A DNA stretch of 64,000 bases from contig JAKPFT010000018.1 in assembly GCA_029551285.1 (NCBI GenBank), forward strand, positions 6,584 through 70,583. The letters run 5' to 3'. This document shows positions 19,067-27,157 of the stretch, one piece after another. Numbering within the stretch: the stretch's first letter is position 1; each line of letters begins with the position of its first letter. A program made the position numbers and the translations under genes. The notes beneath the pieces were generated by a model. The model did no database searches. It had not been told where the DNA came from and saw nothing but the letters and a program-made list of their open reading frames with translations. Origin of the DNA: a bacterium. GTDB lineage: Bacteria; Ratteibacteria; UBA8468; B48-G9; DSTR01.

Positions 19067-20575
19067 CTACTTCTCAGGGATTTCTTCAGTCAGTTCTATG
19101 TCCAGGTAGCCGTGGCTGCTCGTGGTATTGACCAGTTTGACGGCCAGGGTATTTTCTCCGGGGTTCAGCAAAGAAACTGGCACTACCACGTAACGGTTCC
19201 AGTAATCCGCCCAGTGGAAAAGTCTTTCTTCATCCACTAACTGGCCATTAAGGTAAATTACAGCACACTTATCACTGGCTACTCTGAGCATCAAACGCTG
19301 GCCACTGGGTATGGCCTCAACATTGAAGGTCTTTCTCCAGTAGGAGGAGCCGGAAGTTTCCAGTTTTGTTCCGATAACTTCCCTGGCCGCCTTGTTTCTC
19401 CGGTAACCAAAAACAGCTGGCAGACTTCCCTGACGCCACTGTTTTGCCTGGTAGTTTGGCTCGTACCAGTTTTTGCCTGAGGCATCCGGTAGCGGGTCAG
19501 CCGCCTGCTCTATAAAGAACCAGTCCTGGCTGCCCTTTGGCAGAAGAAGCCTTTCTTTTTTCCAGATGATGGGTGTCCCCCCGGGATATTCTGACCATTC
19601 CGGACCAAACCACTTAGTCAGAAGTTCTTTTGACTCCGGCCAGTTTTTGGTTTCGGGTTTTTCCGTCGGTGCTTTTACCGACTTGCGCAGCCTTTCCGGA
19701 ATTTTAACCAAAATTTTTTGACTGTGAGGTACCGGTTCAAAACTAACCCCGGAAAGCGCCACAGCTTCTAACCGGTCAGGATAGACTGACCACAGGAGGA
19801 AAGAAAAGTCAGGTGTCTCTACCAGGCCTGGCGCTGTCACATAACTGATACCTTTCTCCTCGCCAGAGGTTAAAACGTGGATATGGCCGGAAAGCGCGAG
19901 AAAAACGTTGCCACACCGTTGCATCACCTGCCGGATTTGGGCCGCATTGGCCGGTGGCGCCCAAGTGGGAATGACCGGGCCGGAGTAAAGCGGCGCATGG
20001 GTGAGGACGATCACCGGCTGCTCCGGGTAGTCAGAAGCAACACTGGCCAGCCCTTCCAGACTCTTTCTGTCAGCCAGTTCCACCATGCCGCTGAAACGGC
20101 TGGTGTAGGTCTGGAAACCGGCAAAGATGAAACCGGCATAAGAGAACCAGAAGTCCGGGCCGCCATAACTGAAGGGCATCACCTGCTCCAGACCGAAGTC
20201 GTGGTTGCCCGGCACATTAAAAAACGGCGTTTTCATCTTTCCCAGGAGAGAAACTAACTCAGGCCAGGCTTCTCGGGCATGGCCGGGGTTTTCCAGGGCG
20301 TCTCCAGTAATCACCACCAGGTCTATCTGGTTTTTGTTGACCCAGTCTGCCAGGCGAAGAAGCACCTCTGGCATTCGGTCAAACTTTCTGGTGCTCCTGG
20401 TAGCCATCTCTTTCCAGGGAGTCTGCTGGAGATGGCCAGAATCTACAAAGTGGATGTCAGAAAGATGGACGAAGCGAAAAAGAGGTTTTTCTGCCGGAAG
20501 AACTTTCCCCGTGAGAAAAAAAAGAAACACCAGGGAAAAAATGAAAGCCAGGTTTGTTTTCCCTCTCACTGCCAA
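19067..20575 (-). CDS. Secreted calcineurin-like metallophosphoesterase with C-terminal galactose-binding-like domain
   Basis: HLSDIH, ITGD, PGNHD, THAP, SGHIH motifs. C-terminal YWRKTF...IYLNG...[10 protein letters not shown] is a GH2-type sugar-binding fold. Signal peptide present. Confidence 0.85.
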   Translation of the reverse strand: MAVRGKTNLAFIFSLVFLFFLTGKVLPAEKPLFRFVHLSDIHFVDSGHLQQTPWKEMATRSTRKFDRMPEVLLRLADWVNKNQIDLVVITGDALENPGHAREAWPELVSLLGKMKTPFFNVPGNHDFGLEQVMPFSYGGPDFWFSYAGFIFAGFQTYTSRFSGMVELADRKSLEGLASVASDYPEQPVIVLTHAPLYSGPVIPTWAPPANAAQIRQVMQRCGNVFLALSGHIHVLTSGEEKGISYVTAPGLVETPDFSFLLWSVYPDRLEAVALSGVSFEPVPHSQKILVKIPERLRKSVKAPTEKPETKNWPESKELLTKWFGPEWSEYPGGTPIIWKKERLLLPKGSQDWFFIEQAADPLPDASGKNWYEPNYQAKQWRQGSLPAVFGYRRNKAAREVIGTKLETSGSSYWRKTFNVEAIPSGQRLMLRVASDKCAVIYLNGQLVDEERLFHWADYWNRYVVVPVSLLNPGENTLAVKLVNTTSSHGYLDIELTEEIPEK

Positions 20576-20676
20576 ATTCTTTCGTCCTTAGTTGTAGTTC
20601 AATTAAAAAAAGCCGGTCCGAACCAATATGTCCTTTCTATTTTTTTGTAATTCGTATACCACTTTTCCCTACCGTA

Positions 20677-20689
20677 TGTCAATTTGACA
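20677..20689. promoter_or_regulatory. Back-to-back -35 boxes (TGTCAA-T-TTGACA) of divergent promoters
   Basis: Perfect palindrome between divergent genes. The minus side has TG-G-TATACG at about 18 nt, while the plus-side -10 (TAGCAG) is poor. Confidence 0.45.
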
Positions 20690-20742
20690 GTTTTTCGCTG
20701 GCGCGTTAGCAGCAGGTCATCCTCTGGTGCGGAAAGGAGAAA

Positions 20743-21922
20743 ATGGCTGAGGAAACCCAACATTCTTTTGGTTATCTCTGACCAGCATAACCGGCACATT
20801 CCTGGCTGCTACCGGAACAATGTGGCGGCCACGCCCAACCTTGATGCCCTTGCGGAGAAAAGGGGTAGTCTTTGACAATGCCTGTTGCAGCTACCCGTTA
20901 TGTGTCCCTTCCCGAATGAGTTTCATGACCGGGAGATTGCCCCACCGTCTTTCTATCTGGGATAATTACGGTTTGCTCCCCTCAGCCATTCCTATCTTTG
21001 CTCATGCGCTGGAACACGGAGGATACGAAGCGGTGCTGTGCGGACGGATGCACTTTCTCGGCTATGACCAGCGCCACGGTTTCAAAAGCAGGATTTTTCC
21101 CGAGGTTTCTAACTATGCCGCCGGCTTGCTTTACGACACAGACGGTTGGCAACCTTCCGCGATTGAAAAAAGCGGGCCCGGCCGCAACCATTACCTCTTA
21201 TACGACCGCCTCTGTGTGCAGGCTGCGGAGAACTGGCTGAGAAAAAGGGTTGCCAGAAAAGAAGATAAGCCGTTCTGCCTGGTCGTAGGACTGACCGGGC
21301 CGCACTGTCCGTTTGTATGTCCGGAGAAACTTTTCTGGAAGTATTTCCGGCAGGTGGATGTCCCGGTGTATTCTGCGGATTATTTTCACAGGACCCATCC
21401 CTTTCTTCGCCGCTACCGCAAAATCTGTGGTATTGAGGATTTAAGCGAGGCGGAAATCAGACGGGCCCGGGCAGCCTACTACGGCATGGTGGAGTACGAT
21501 GACCGGCTGATTGGCCATCTCGTAGACAGAACCAGTTTTCTGAATCTACTCCTGGGGGAAAGAGACAAAAGAGAGGTTCGGGCTGAGCTTTGCGACCGGC
21601 AGTTAAGAGTTGGTCCAGCCATGATGCTCCGGGAAGGGGCTAAAAGTGCGTTTATTATCACGGCGAACAGCCTGAACTTTTCAATCTGAGAAAAGACCCT
21701 CACGAGGAACATAATCTGGCCGGCGAAGCGGCCTTTCAGAAGAGACTGTAAAGAATGCACCGGGCTATTCTGAAGGACTGGCATCCAGAAGAAGTCATCG
21801 TCAAAGAACGAGAGGCCAGTCGGCTTTACCGGTATGTCCTTTCACTTCCCGGCGATGTTAAATTGCTCCAGCGAGAATACTGGCGGAGACCGAAAAACTA
21901 CGGGTGGGTAAAGAAGGTGTAA
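20743..21922 (+). pseudogene. Choline-sulfatase-like sulfatase pseudogene
   Basis: SD and ATG 20743 are out of frame with KPNILLVISDQH. Second frameshift at the A4G4 run near 20860 before the CVPSR motif. The SDHG...VPLI core is missing near 21524. Third frameshift near 21643 into YYHGEQPELFNLRKDPHEEHNL. In-frame TAA at 21749. Confidence 0.85.
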
Positions 21923-21975
21923 GAATATCTCAGGTTTTGCGAAAAAACCCAGGGGGGACTATATCCCTGACTGGT

Positions 21976-22455
21976 TTATTTTCCGTCCTTTTCCGACCAG
22001 GCGCTGAAATCAGCCACTGTTTTTTTCACCAGTTCCCCGCTTTCCAGGTCCAGAATGAATTCTAAGGCTGTATCGTCGGTTATCCAGACACGGCCGAAGA
22101 ACCATTTCTCGTTTAACCAGAGGAAAAACGGCTCACACCTGCCGTGGTCTTTCAGGTGAAGTTTTATCGCTTTTGTGCCAGCCGGGCCAACCAGGAAAAG
22201 ACTGGAATAGTAAGGCGGTTCCTTCTCCCGGTTGTCCGGGAAATAAACATAGTAGGCCGTCTTCTTCTCCGAATACTTCTTCTCTTTTTCCACCGCGTAG
22301 ATGGCCACCTGACCAGTAAGAATCTGGACCTGAAGGTGTCTGGAGAAAATTTCTGCATCTTCCCGGTAGCGCACCAGAGATTTTGCTGGCGGACCGGCTG
22401 CGGCTGGGAGACAGCCTGTCAGGAAAAGAGCCAGAAACAGTTTCTTCGTTGTCAG
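21976..22455 (-). CDS. Hypothetical exported protein or lipoprotein (probable start CTG 22455; ORF track starts at TTG 22503)
   Basis: TTKKLFLALFLTGC signal/lipobox-like N-terminus, AAGGGGG SD five nt before CTG. Confidence 0.55.
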   Translation of the reverse strand: MTTKKLFLALFLTGCLPAAAGPPAKSLVRYREDAEIFSRHLQVQILTGQVAIYAVEKEKKYSEKKTAYYVYFPDNREKEPPYYSSLFLVGPAGTKAIKLHLKDHGRCEPFFLWLNEKWFFGRVWITDDTALEFILDLESGELVKKTVADFSAWSEKDGK

Positions 22456-22474
22456 TTTAGCCCCCTTTTGAAAA

Positions 22475-22503
22475 ACGATACCTGGGCGGACATCTTCTGT
22501 CAA
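22475..22503 (-). promoter_or_regulatory. sigma70-type promoter
   Basis: Minus strand TTGACA-17-TATCGT. Confidence 0.55.
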
Positions 22504-22512
22504 GGCCTGTCC

Positions 22513-22541
22513 TTGCAGATAAGACGGGGAAGGACTATACT
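22513..22541 (+). promoter_or_regulatory. sigma70-type promoter for the ABC exporter
   Basis: TTGCAG-17-TATACT upstream of ATG 22574. Confidence 0.55.
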
Positions 22542-22573
22542 TTTGACGGTCTATCCTTTGTCTGGAGCCAGAT

Positions 22574-24430
22574 ATGCCACCACCGATGGGTATGGGCGGC
22601 CACCTTTTCCGGGGATTGGGTGGACCGCATGAGGAACAATCAGGCGGAAGGTTGCACTGGAAGCGGCTGCTCGGTTACCTTGCCCCGCGCTGGCCGCTGG
22701 TGGTGGTAGCATTGTTTCTTTCTCTGAGTATTACCGGATTAAGCCTGGTCCCTCCCCGGTTGATCGGTCTGGTCATTGACAGGGCTATTGTCAGCAAGAA
22801 CCTTCAGAGCCTGATGTGGCTGACTTTCCTGCTGTTTTTAGCCTATGGGCTGGAACACGGCCTTACCGGAGTGAAAGGCTGGCTTTTAGGCAAGTTGGGA
22901 CAAACTGTTATCTTTGAACTGTGGCAGGATGTCTACCACAATCTGCTGCGGCTTTCCTTTGATTTCTACGACGCCAATCAGACCGGAAACATTATGTCCC
23001 GGGTCACCACTGATGTTGGAGCGGTGGAACGGGTGATTGTGGAAGGGGTGGACATGCTGGTGGTAGCTTCTCTGACGCTGTTAGGCGTCACCGGAATCCT
23101 CTTTTTCATAAACTGGAAACTGGCGCTGATTACTTTAATACCAATACCTCTTCTTCTTTTTGTAGCCTGGCTGGCGACAGAGCGCATGCATCGGGTCTAC
23201 CGGGACGTACGCCGGAAAATGGGCGAAGTCAGCGCCCTGCTGCAGGATAGCCTCTCCGGTATCAGAGAGATAAAAAGCTTTGCCCGGGAAGATTATGAAC
23301 TGGAACGCCTCTGTGTCAGAAGTATGGATTACCTTTCCAGTAACCTGGAAGCCATCAAACTCTGGTCTTTTTTTTCGCCGACCATCATGAGCCTTACTTC
23401 CCTGGGCAGTTTTTTGGTGCTGCTTTTCGGCGGCCGTATCGCCATCCTTAGCGGCACATTAACCCCCGGCCAGATTGTTTCCTTTCTTTTTTATGTAGGC
23501 CCGTTCTACCAGCCGATTCAGAGACTGAACTGGTTCAACCATATGCTCCAGCATGCCCGGGCTTCCAGTGAACGCATCTTTGAACTGATTGACGCTGTTC
23601 CCAGAGTTAAAGAAAGGGAAAAACCGGTCGTTCTGCCGCACCCTATCCGGGGAGAAGTGGTCTACCGCGAAGTTCACTTCTCCTACGAGAATGGCCGGGA
23701 GGTTCTCCACGGCATCTCACTGGAGGCCAGGCCTGGTGAAATTGTCGCTTTGGTGGGTCCCACAGGTGCCGGCAAAACTACCATCGTGAGACTCCTGCCT
23801 CGCTTTTACGACGTTGACTCCGGAAACATTCTCGTTGATGGGGTGGACATCAGAGAACTTTCCCTGAAACAGTTGCGCCAGAGCATCGGGATTGTGATGC
23901 AGGAACCTTTCCTTTTCAACGGAACGGTGCTGGAAAACATTGCTTACGGAAAACCTGGCGCAACCATGGAAGAAATTGTTGAAGCCGCGCGCCTGGCCAA
24001 CGCCCATCAGTTTATCAGTGCTTTTCCTGAGGGTTATGACCAGCAGATTGGAGAAAGAGGTATCAGGCTTTCTGTCGGGGAAAAACAGCGGATTGCCATT
24101 GCCCGGGCTTTGCTGAAAAACCCGCCAATTTTAATTTTAGATGAGGCTACTTCTTCGGTGGACAACCAGACGGAGAAACTTATCCAGGAAGCCATTGAGC
24201 ACCTTCTCCAGAGCCGCACCTCTTTTGTCATTGCCCACCGGCTTTCCACAGTACGGCATGCCCACAAGATTCTGGTGGTGGAACATGGCCAGATTGTGGA
24301 ATCAGGGAGACACGAAGAGCTGGTAGCTGCTGGCGGATTGTATGCCAGACTGTATCACAGTCAGTGGCGTCTGACCGAGAAAATCACCAAAGTAGCCCCA
24401 ACGGGATTCGAACCCGTGTCTGATGGCTGA
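22574..24430 (+). CDS. ABC exporter, fused permease/ATP-binding (MsbA/MdlB-like)
   Basis: N-terminal transmembrane domain, Walker A GPTGAGKT, signature LSVGEKQR, Walker B ILILDEATSSVD, IAHRLST. Confidence 0.93.
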   Translation: MPPPMGMGGHLFRGLGGPHEEQSGGRLHWKRLLGYLAPRWPLVVVALFLSLSITGLSLVPPRLIGLVIDRAIVSKNLQSLMWLTFLLFLAYGLEHGLTGVKGWLLGKLGQTVIFELWQDVYHNLLRLSFDFYDANQTGNIMSRVTTDVGAVERVIVEGVDMLVVASLTLLGVTGILFFINWKLALITLIPIPLLLFVAWLATERMHRVYRDVRRKMGEVSALLQDSLSGIREIKSFAREDYELERLCVRSMDYLSSNLEAIKLWSFFSPTIMSLTSLGSFLVLLFGGRIAILSGTLTPGQIVSFLFYVGPFYQPIQRLNWFNHMLQHARASSERIFELIDAVPRVKEREKPVVLPHPIRGEVVYREVHFSYENGREVLHGISLEARPGEIVALVGPTGAGKTTIVRLLPRFYDVDSGNILVDGVDIRELSLKQLRQSIGIVMQEPFLFNGTVLENIAYGKPGATMEEIVEAARLANAHQFISAFPEGYDQQIGERGIRLSVGEKQRIAIARALLKNPPILILDEATSSVDNQTEKLIQEAIEHLLQSRTSFVIAHRLSTVRHAHKILVVEHGQIVESGRHEELVAAGGLYARLYHSQWRLTEKITKVAPTGFEPVSDG

Positions 24431-24465
24431 GAACCACCTGTCCTGGGCCTCTAGACGATGGGGCC
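24393..24465 (-). tRNA. tRNA-Glu (anticodon CTC)
   Basis: Reverse complement GGCCCCATCGTCTAGAGGCCCAGGACAGGTGGTT-CTC-AGCCATCAGACACGGGTTCGAATCCCGTTGGGGCTA, with acceptor, D, anticodon and TPsiC arms. CCA is not encoded. Confidence 0.95.
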
Positions 24466-24516
24466 ACTGATTTGTTTCGCCTGTTTTCACACAAAAAGCC
24501 GTGTTCAGCCTGAATT

Positions 24517-24545
24517 ATGTTACTGTTTCCTGCCTTTACGGTCAA
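24517..24545 (-). promoter_or_regulatory. Probable tRNA-Glu promoter
   Basis: Minus strand TTGACC-17-TAACAT about 50 nt upstream of the tRNA. Confidence 0.5.
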
Positions 24546-24643
24546 GAAGTCTGCTGCAAAAGGTGCTGACAGCGGGTCTTTCTGGCCGGAGGAAAAGCCA
24601 GTCTACTCGGTTGAATGGTACAATTAGAGAAACGAGGCCAACA

Positions 24644-25699
24644 ATGTCCAGATATTACGAAACAATCGGCTGCCTTCACATCCACTTTCCTCTCTCCCGG
24701 GGCCGGCAGGCTTTAAGATACCTGGGCGAGGAAGCCAGGCAGGCCGGGGTTGATTTCCTTGTGACCAACAGCCACACACCCAGAAACAGCCACCGGAAGG
24801 CGAAGACAGAGTACCTCTTTCGCGAAACCGGTTATCGTGCCGGCACACTGGTTATTGTCGGAGAAGAACTGGACGACAACTTTCGCCACGATAGCCACTG
24901 CCTGGTGATTGGAGCCAGGGGCTGGGTAGGCCGGCAGTTACCTTTCCAGAAGACGCTGCAGAAGGTTAAGTCTGATGGCGGGTTGATTTTCATTGCCCAT
25001 CCTGACGGCCAGCACCGTCTTTTCTTGCGGCGGATTGACCACCGCTGGAAACGGACAGAAATAAGTGAATACCACGGGCTGGAGATCTGGTCGCTTCTTT
25101 TTGACTGGGCTGGCGCTACCTCTCTCTGGAATTTGCCCTTTCGGTACTTTCACTTTCCGAACAGGCTATCGGGTCCCTCTTCTGCCACGCTGAGGTTCTG
25201 GGAAGAAAAAGCCAGGGAAAGGCCTCTGGTGGGAGTAGCCGGACTGGATATCCATCCGTTGCTTTTTCCCGGCCTGGACCTGTGCCGGAAATTTCGTTAC
25301 CGGACAGTGTTCCGAATCCTCAGAAATCATCTTCTTCTGCGCCATCCCCTTTCCGGAGACGCAGAAAACGACCGAAAACTTATTCAGGAAACATTAGCCG
25401 CTGGCCGGCTTTTTGTGGCCAGGGATGGCCTGAAAGACAGCCGTGGATTTTTCTTTGGTTCTGAAGAGGGAAAAATAGTGATGGGCGAAAGAGCCTGTCC
25501 CGGCGTCAAAGTGGAGGTGGCTGTTCCTTTTTCCGGGTGGTTGCGGCTGTACCATCGGGGAAAACTCTTCATGGAAAAAGAGGGTAGTTGGCTGCGGACT
25601 TCGCTGGAGGAACCAGGTGTTTACCGGGTGGAGGTTTTTTACCAGGGCCAGCCCTGGATTTTTTCCAATCCCCTTTATGTTACCGGGGAGAAATGGTAG
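24644..25699 (+). CDS. PHP-domain (CehA/McbA-like) metallohydrolase
   Basis: GCLHIH, IAHP, GLDIH, and C-terminal PGVYRVEV...WIFSNPLYV. GAGG SD before ATG 24644, with TG-G-TACAAT upstream. Confidence 0.7.
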   Translation: MSRYYETIGCLHIHFPLSRGRQALRYLGEEARQAGVDFLVTNSHTPRNSHRKAKTEYLFRETGYRAGTLVIVGEELDDNFRHDSHCLVIGARGWVGRQLPFQKTLQKVKSDGGLIFIAHPDGQHRLFLRRIDHRWKRTEISEYHGLEIWSLLFDWAGATSLWNLPFRYFHFPNRLSGPSSATLRFWEEKARERPLVGVAGLDIHPLLFPGLDLCRKFRYRTVFRILRNHLLLRHPLSGDAENDRKLIQETLAAGRLFVARDGLKDSRGFFFGSEEGKIVMGERACPGVKVEVAVPFSGWLRLYHRGKLFMEKEGSWLRTSLEEPGVYRVEVFYQGQPWIFSNPLYVTGEKW

Positions 25700-25740
25700 A
25701 ATAAACAAGAGAGAAACCATGATTTGACGGAGGGAAACCT

Positions 25741-25902
25741 ATGCCGGTGAAAAAGTTTAAAGATGTGGTGTGCAGAAAATGGCTTCAGAGAGAGACGAAA
25801 AATGTGGTGGAAAAAGAGGGCCGCAAGTTTTTCTTCTGCAGCCCTGCCTGCAAGGAAAAGTTTGAAAAAGATAGTGAAAAATACCTGAAACTGGTCGGCT
25901 GA
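25741..25902 (+). CDS. Small YHS/TRASH-domain protein (53 aa, not in the ORF track)
   Basis: GGAGG SD. MPVKKFKDVVCRKWL...EGRKFFFCSPACKEKFEKDSEKY matches the D.VC...F.FCS..C...F...P..Y pattern. TGA overlaps the next ATG. Confidence 0.85.
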   Translation: MPVKKFKDVVCRKWLQRETKNVVEKEGRKFFFCSPACKEKFEKDSEKYLKLVG

Positions 25903-26717
25903 TGGTTCAGGAAGCTATCCCTGAGGTGGTCGCGCTGGATGTGGAAACCACCGGACTATATCCCCACCAGGGTGATCGCATCTGCGAGATAGCGCTCCTG
26001 AGGATTAAAAGCGGCCAGGTTGTGGAAAAATTTGTTACCCTGGTCAATCCGGAAAGAGAACTCTCTTTTGGGGCTTACCTGATTAACCATATCAGTCCGG
26101 AGATGCTGGCCAGCAGCCCGAAATTCCGTGAGATTGCGCCGCTGGTGCGCAACTTCCTTCAGAAGAGAACCCTGCTGATGCACAACGCGGCTTTTGACTT
26201 GTCATTCTTGAAAACCCAGATGAATAATTGCGGTCTGGTCTTTCCGGAAACTGAACTGGTGGATACCCTGGAGCTGGCCAGGCGCTTTTTTAATCATTCC
26301 AGCAACGCGCTCTACTCTCTGGCGGAAGAACTGAAAATCAACTTTGACCGAACCGCCAGACATCGGGCAGAACCTGATGCCTGGATGGCTTATCTCATCC
26401 TGAAACACTTCCTGAAGGATTTGAAACGGAGCGGTATTGGCTGGCCCGATATTGTCTCCAGCACTGCCAGGATTGACATTACTCTGAAAGTCCTGGAAAT
26501 ACTTCCGGGTAGACTGGCCGGGGCTCTGGGAAAGAGGAAAAGAGTGCCGATTCGCTATGTGGAAAAGGATGACCGGGTAGTAAACCGGGAGATTGAACCC
26601 GTTGAAGTTTTGAGTGAGCACGGTGTTCTCTACCTGCTGGCCTACTGCGTAGCCAGCCGCGAGGAAAGGAAGTTCCGTCTTGACCGGATTGTGGAGGTTA
26701 TGGAAAATATAGAATGA
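25902..26717 (+). CDS. DEDDh 3'-5' exonuclease (DnaQ-like) fused to a C-terminal WYL domain
   Basis: LDVETTG, HNAAFD, DTLELAR, HRAEPDA, and C-terminal RY...REIEP...YLLAYC...ERKFRLDRI. Confidence 0.88.
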   Translation: MVQEAIPEVVALDVETTGLYPHQGDRICEIALLRIKSGQVVEKFVTLVNPERELSFGAYLINHISPEMLASSPKFREIAPLVRNFLQKRTLLMHNAAFDLSFLKTQMNNCGLVFPETELVDTLELARRFFNHSSNALYSLAEELKINFDRTARHRAEPDAWMAYLILKHFLKDLKRSGIGWPDIVSSTARIDITLKVLEILPGRLAGALGKRKRVPIRYVEKDDRVVNREIEPVEVLSEHGVLYLLAYCVASREERKFRLDRIVEVMENIE

Positions 26718-26804
26718 AGTGTTAGAGAAATCGGTTTCTTGCGGTATCCTTTCCTCACGACGGCAAGCCGATAACTTTAAACATTCATTCGGGGAGGACA
26801 AAAG

Positions 26805-27107
26805 GTGAATGACAATCATTCCGGGGAGAAGTCGCCCAGCCTTATTAAGAGAATCTGGTTCTCTCTGCTGGCGCGATTCCGGACCGCTCCGGGAAAGGAA
26901 GTTGCCCGCGACCGGGGCAAGGTGAAGTGGTTTAACAGAAGCAAGGGATACGGCTTTATCGCCCGCCAGAACGGTCCCGATGTCTTTGTCCATTTTTCCG
27001 CGGTGGATGGAGATGGGGAGCGCAGCCTGCAGGAGGGACAACTGGTAGAATTTGAAGTGGTGAAGAGTGAGAAAGGCTTACAGGCAAGACGGGTAAGAAA
27101 AATTTAG
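26805..27107 (+). CDS. Cold-shock domain protein with N-terminal extension
   Basis: [10 protein letters not shown]1 KGYGFI, RNP2 VFVHF, KGLQA. GGAGG SD before the GTG start. Confidence 0.9.
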   Translation: MNDNHSGEKSPSLIKRIWFSLLARFRTAPGKEVARDRGKVKWFNRSKGYGFIARQNGPDVFVHFSAVDGDGERSLQEGQLVEFEVVKSEKGLQARRVRKI

Positions 27108-27157
27108 CCAGAAGGATTAGCGGCTTCCAGTGGTTAAGGATAGGTTTCGGATGGAAG

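Noticed and set aside
20850-20870. Programmed frameshift or phase variation at the A4G4 run in the sulfatase
   Set aside because: Additional frameshifts, a stop and a deletion indicate plain pseudogenisation.
24393-24465. Prophage or genomic island integrated at tRNA-Glu
   Set aside because: No integrase, and I found no duplicated tRNA 3' end in the window.
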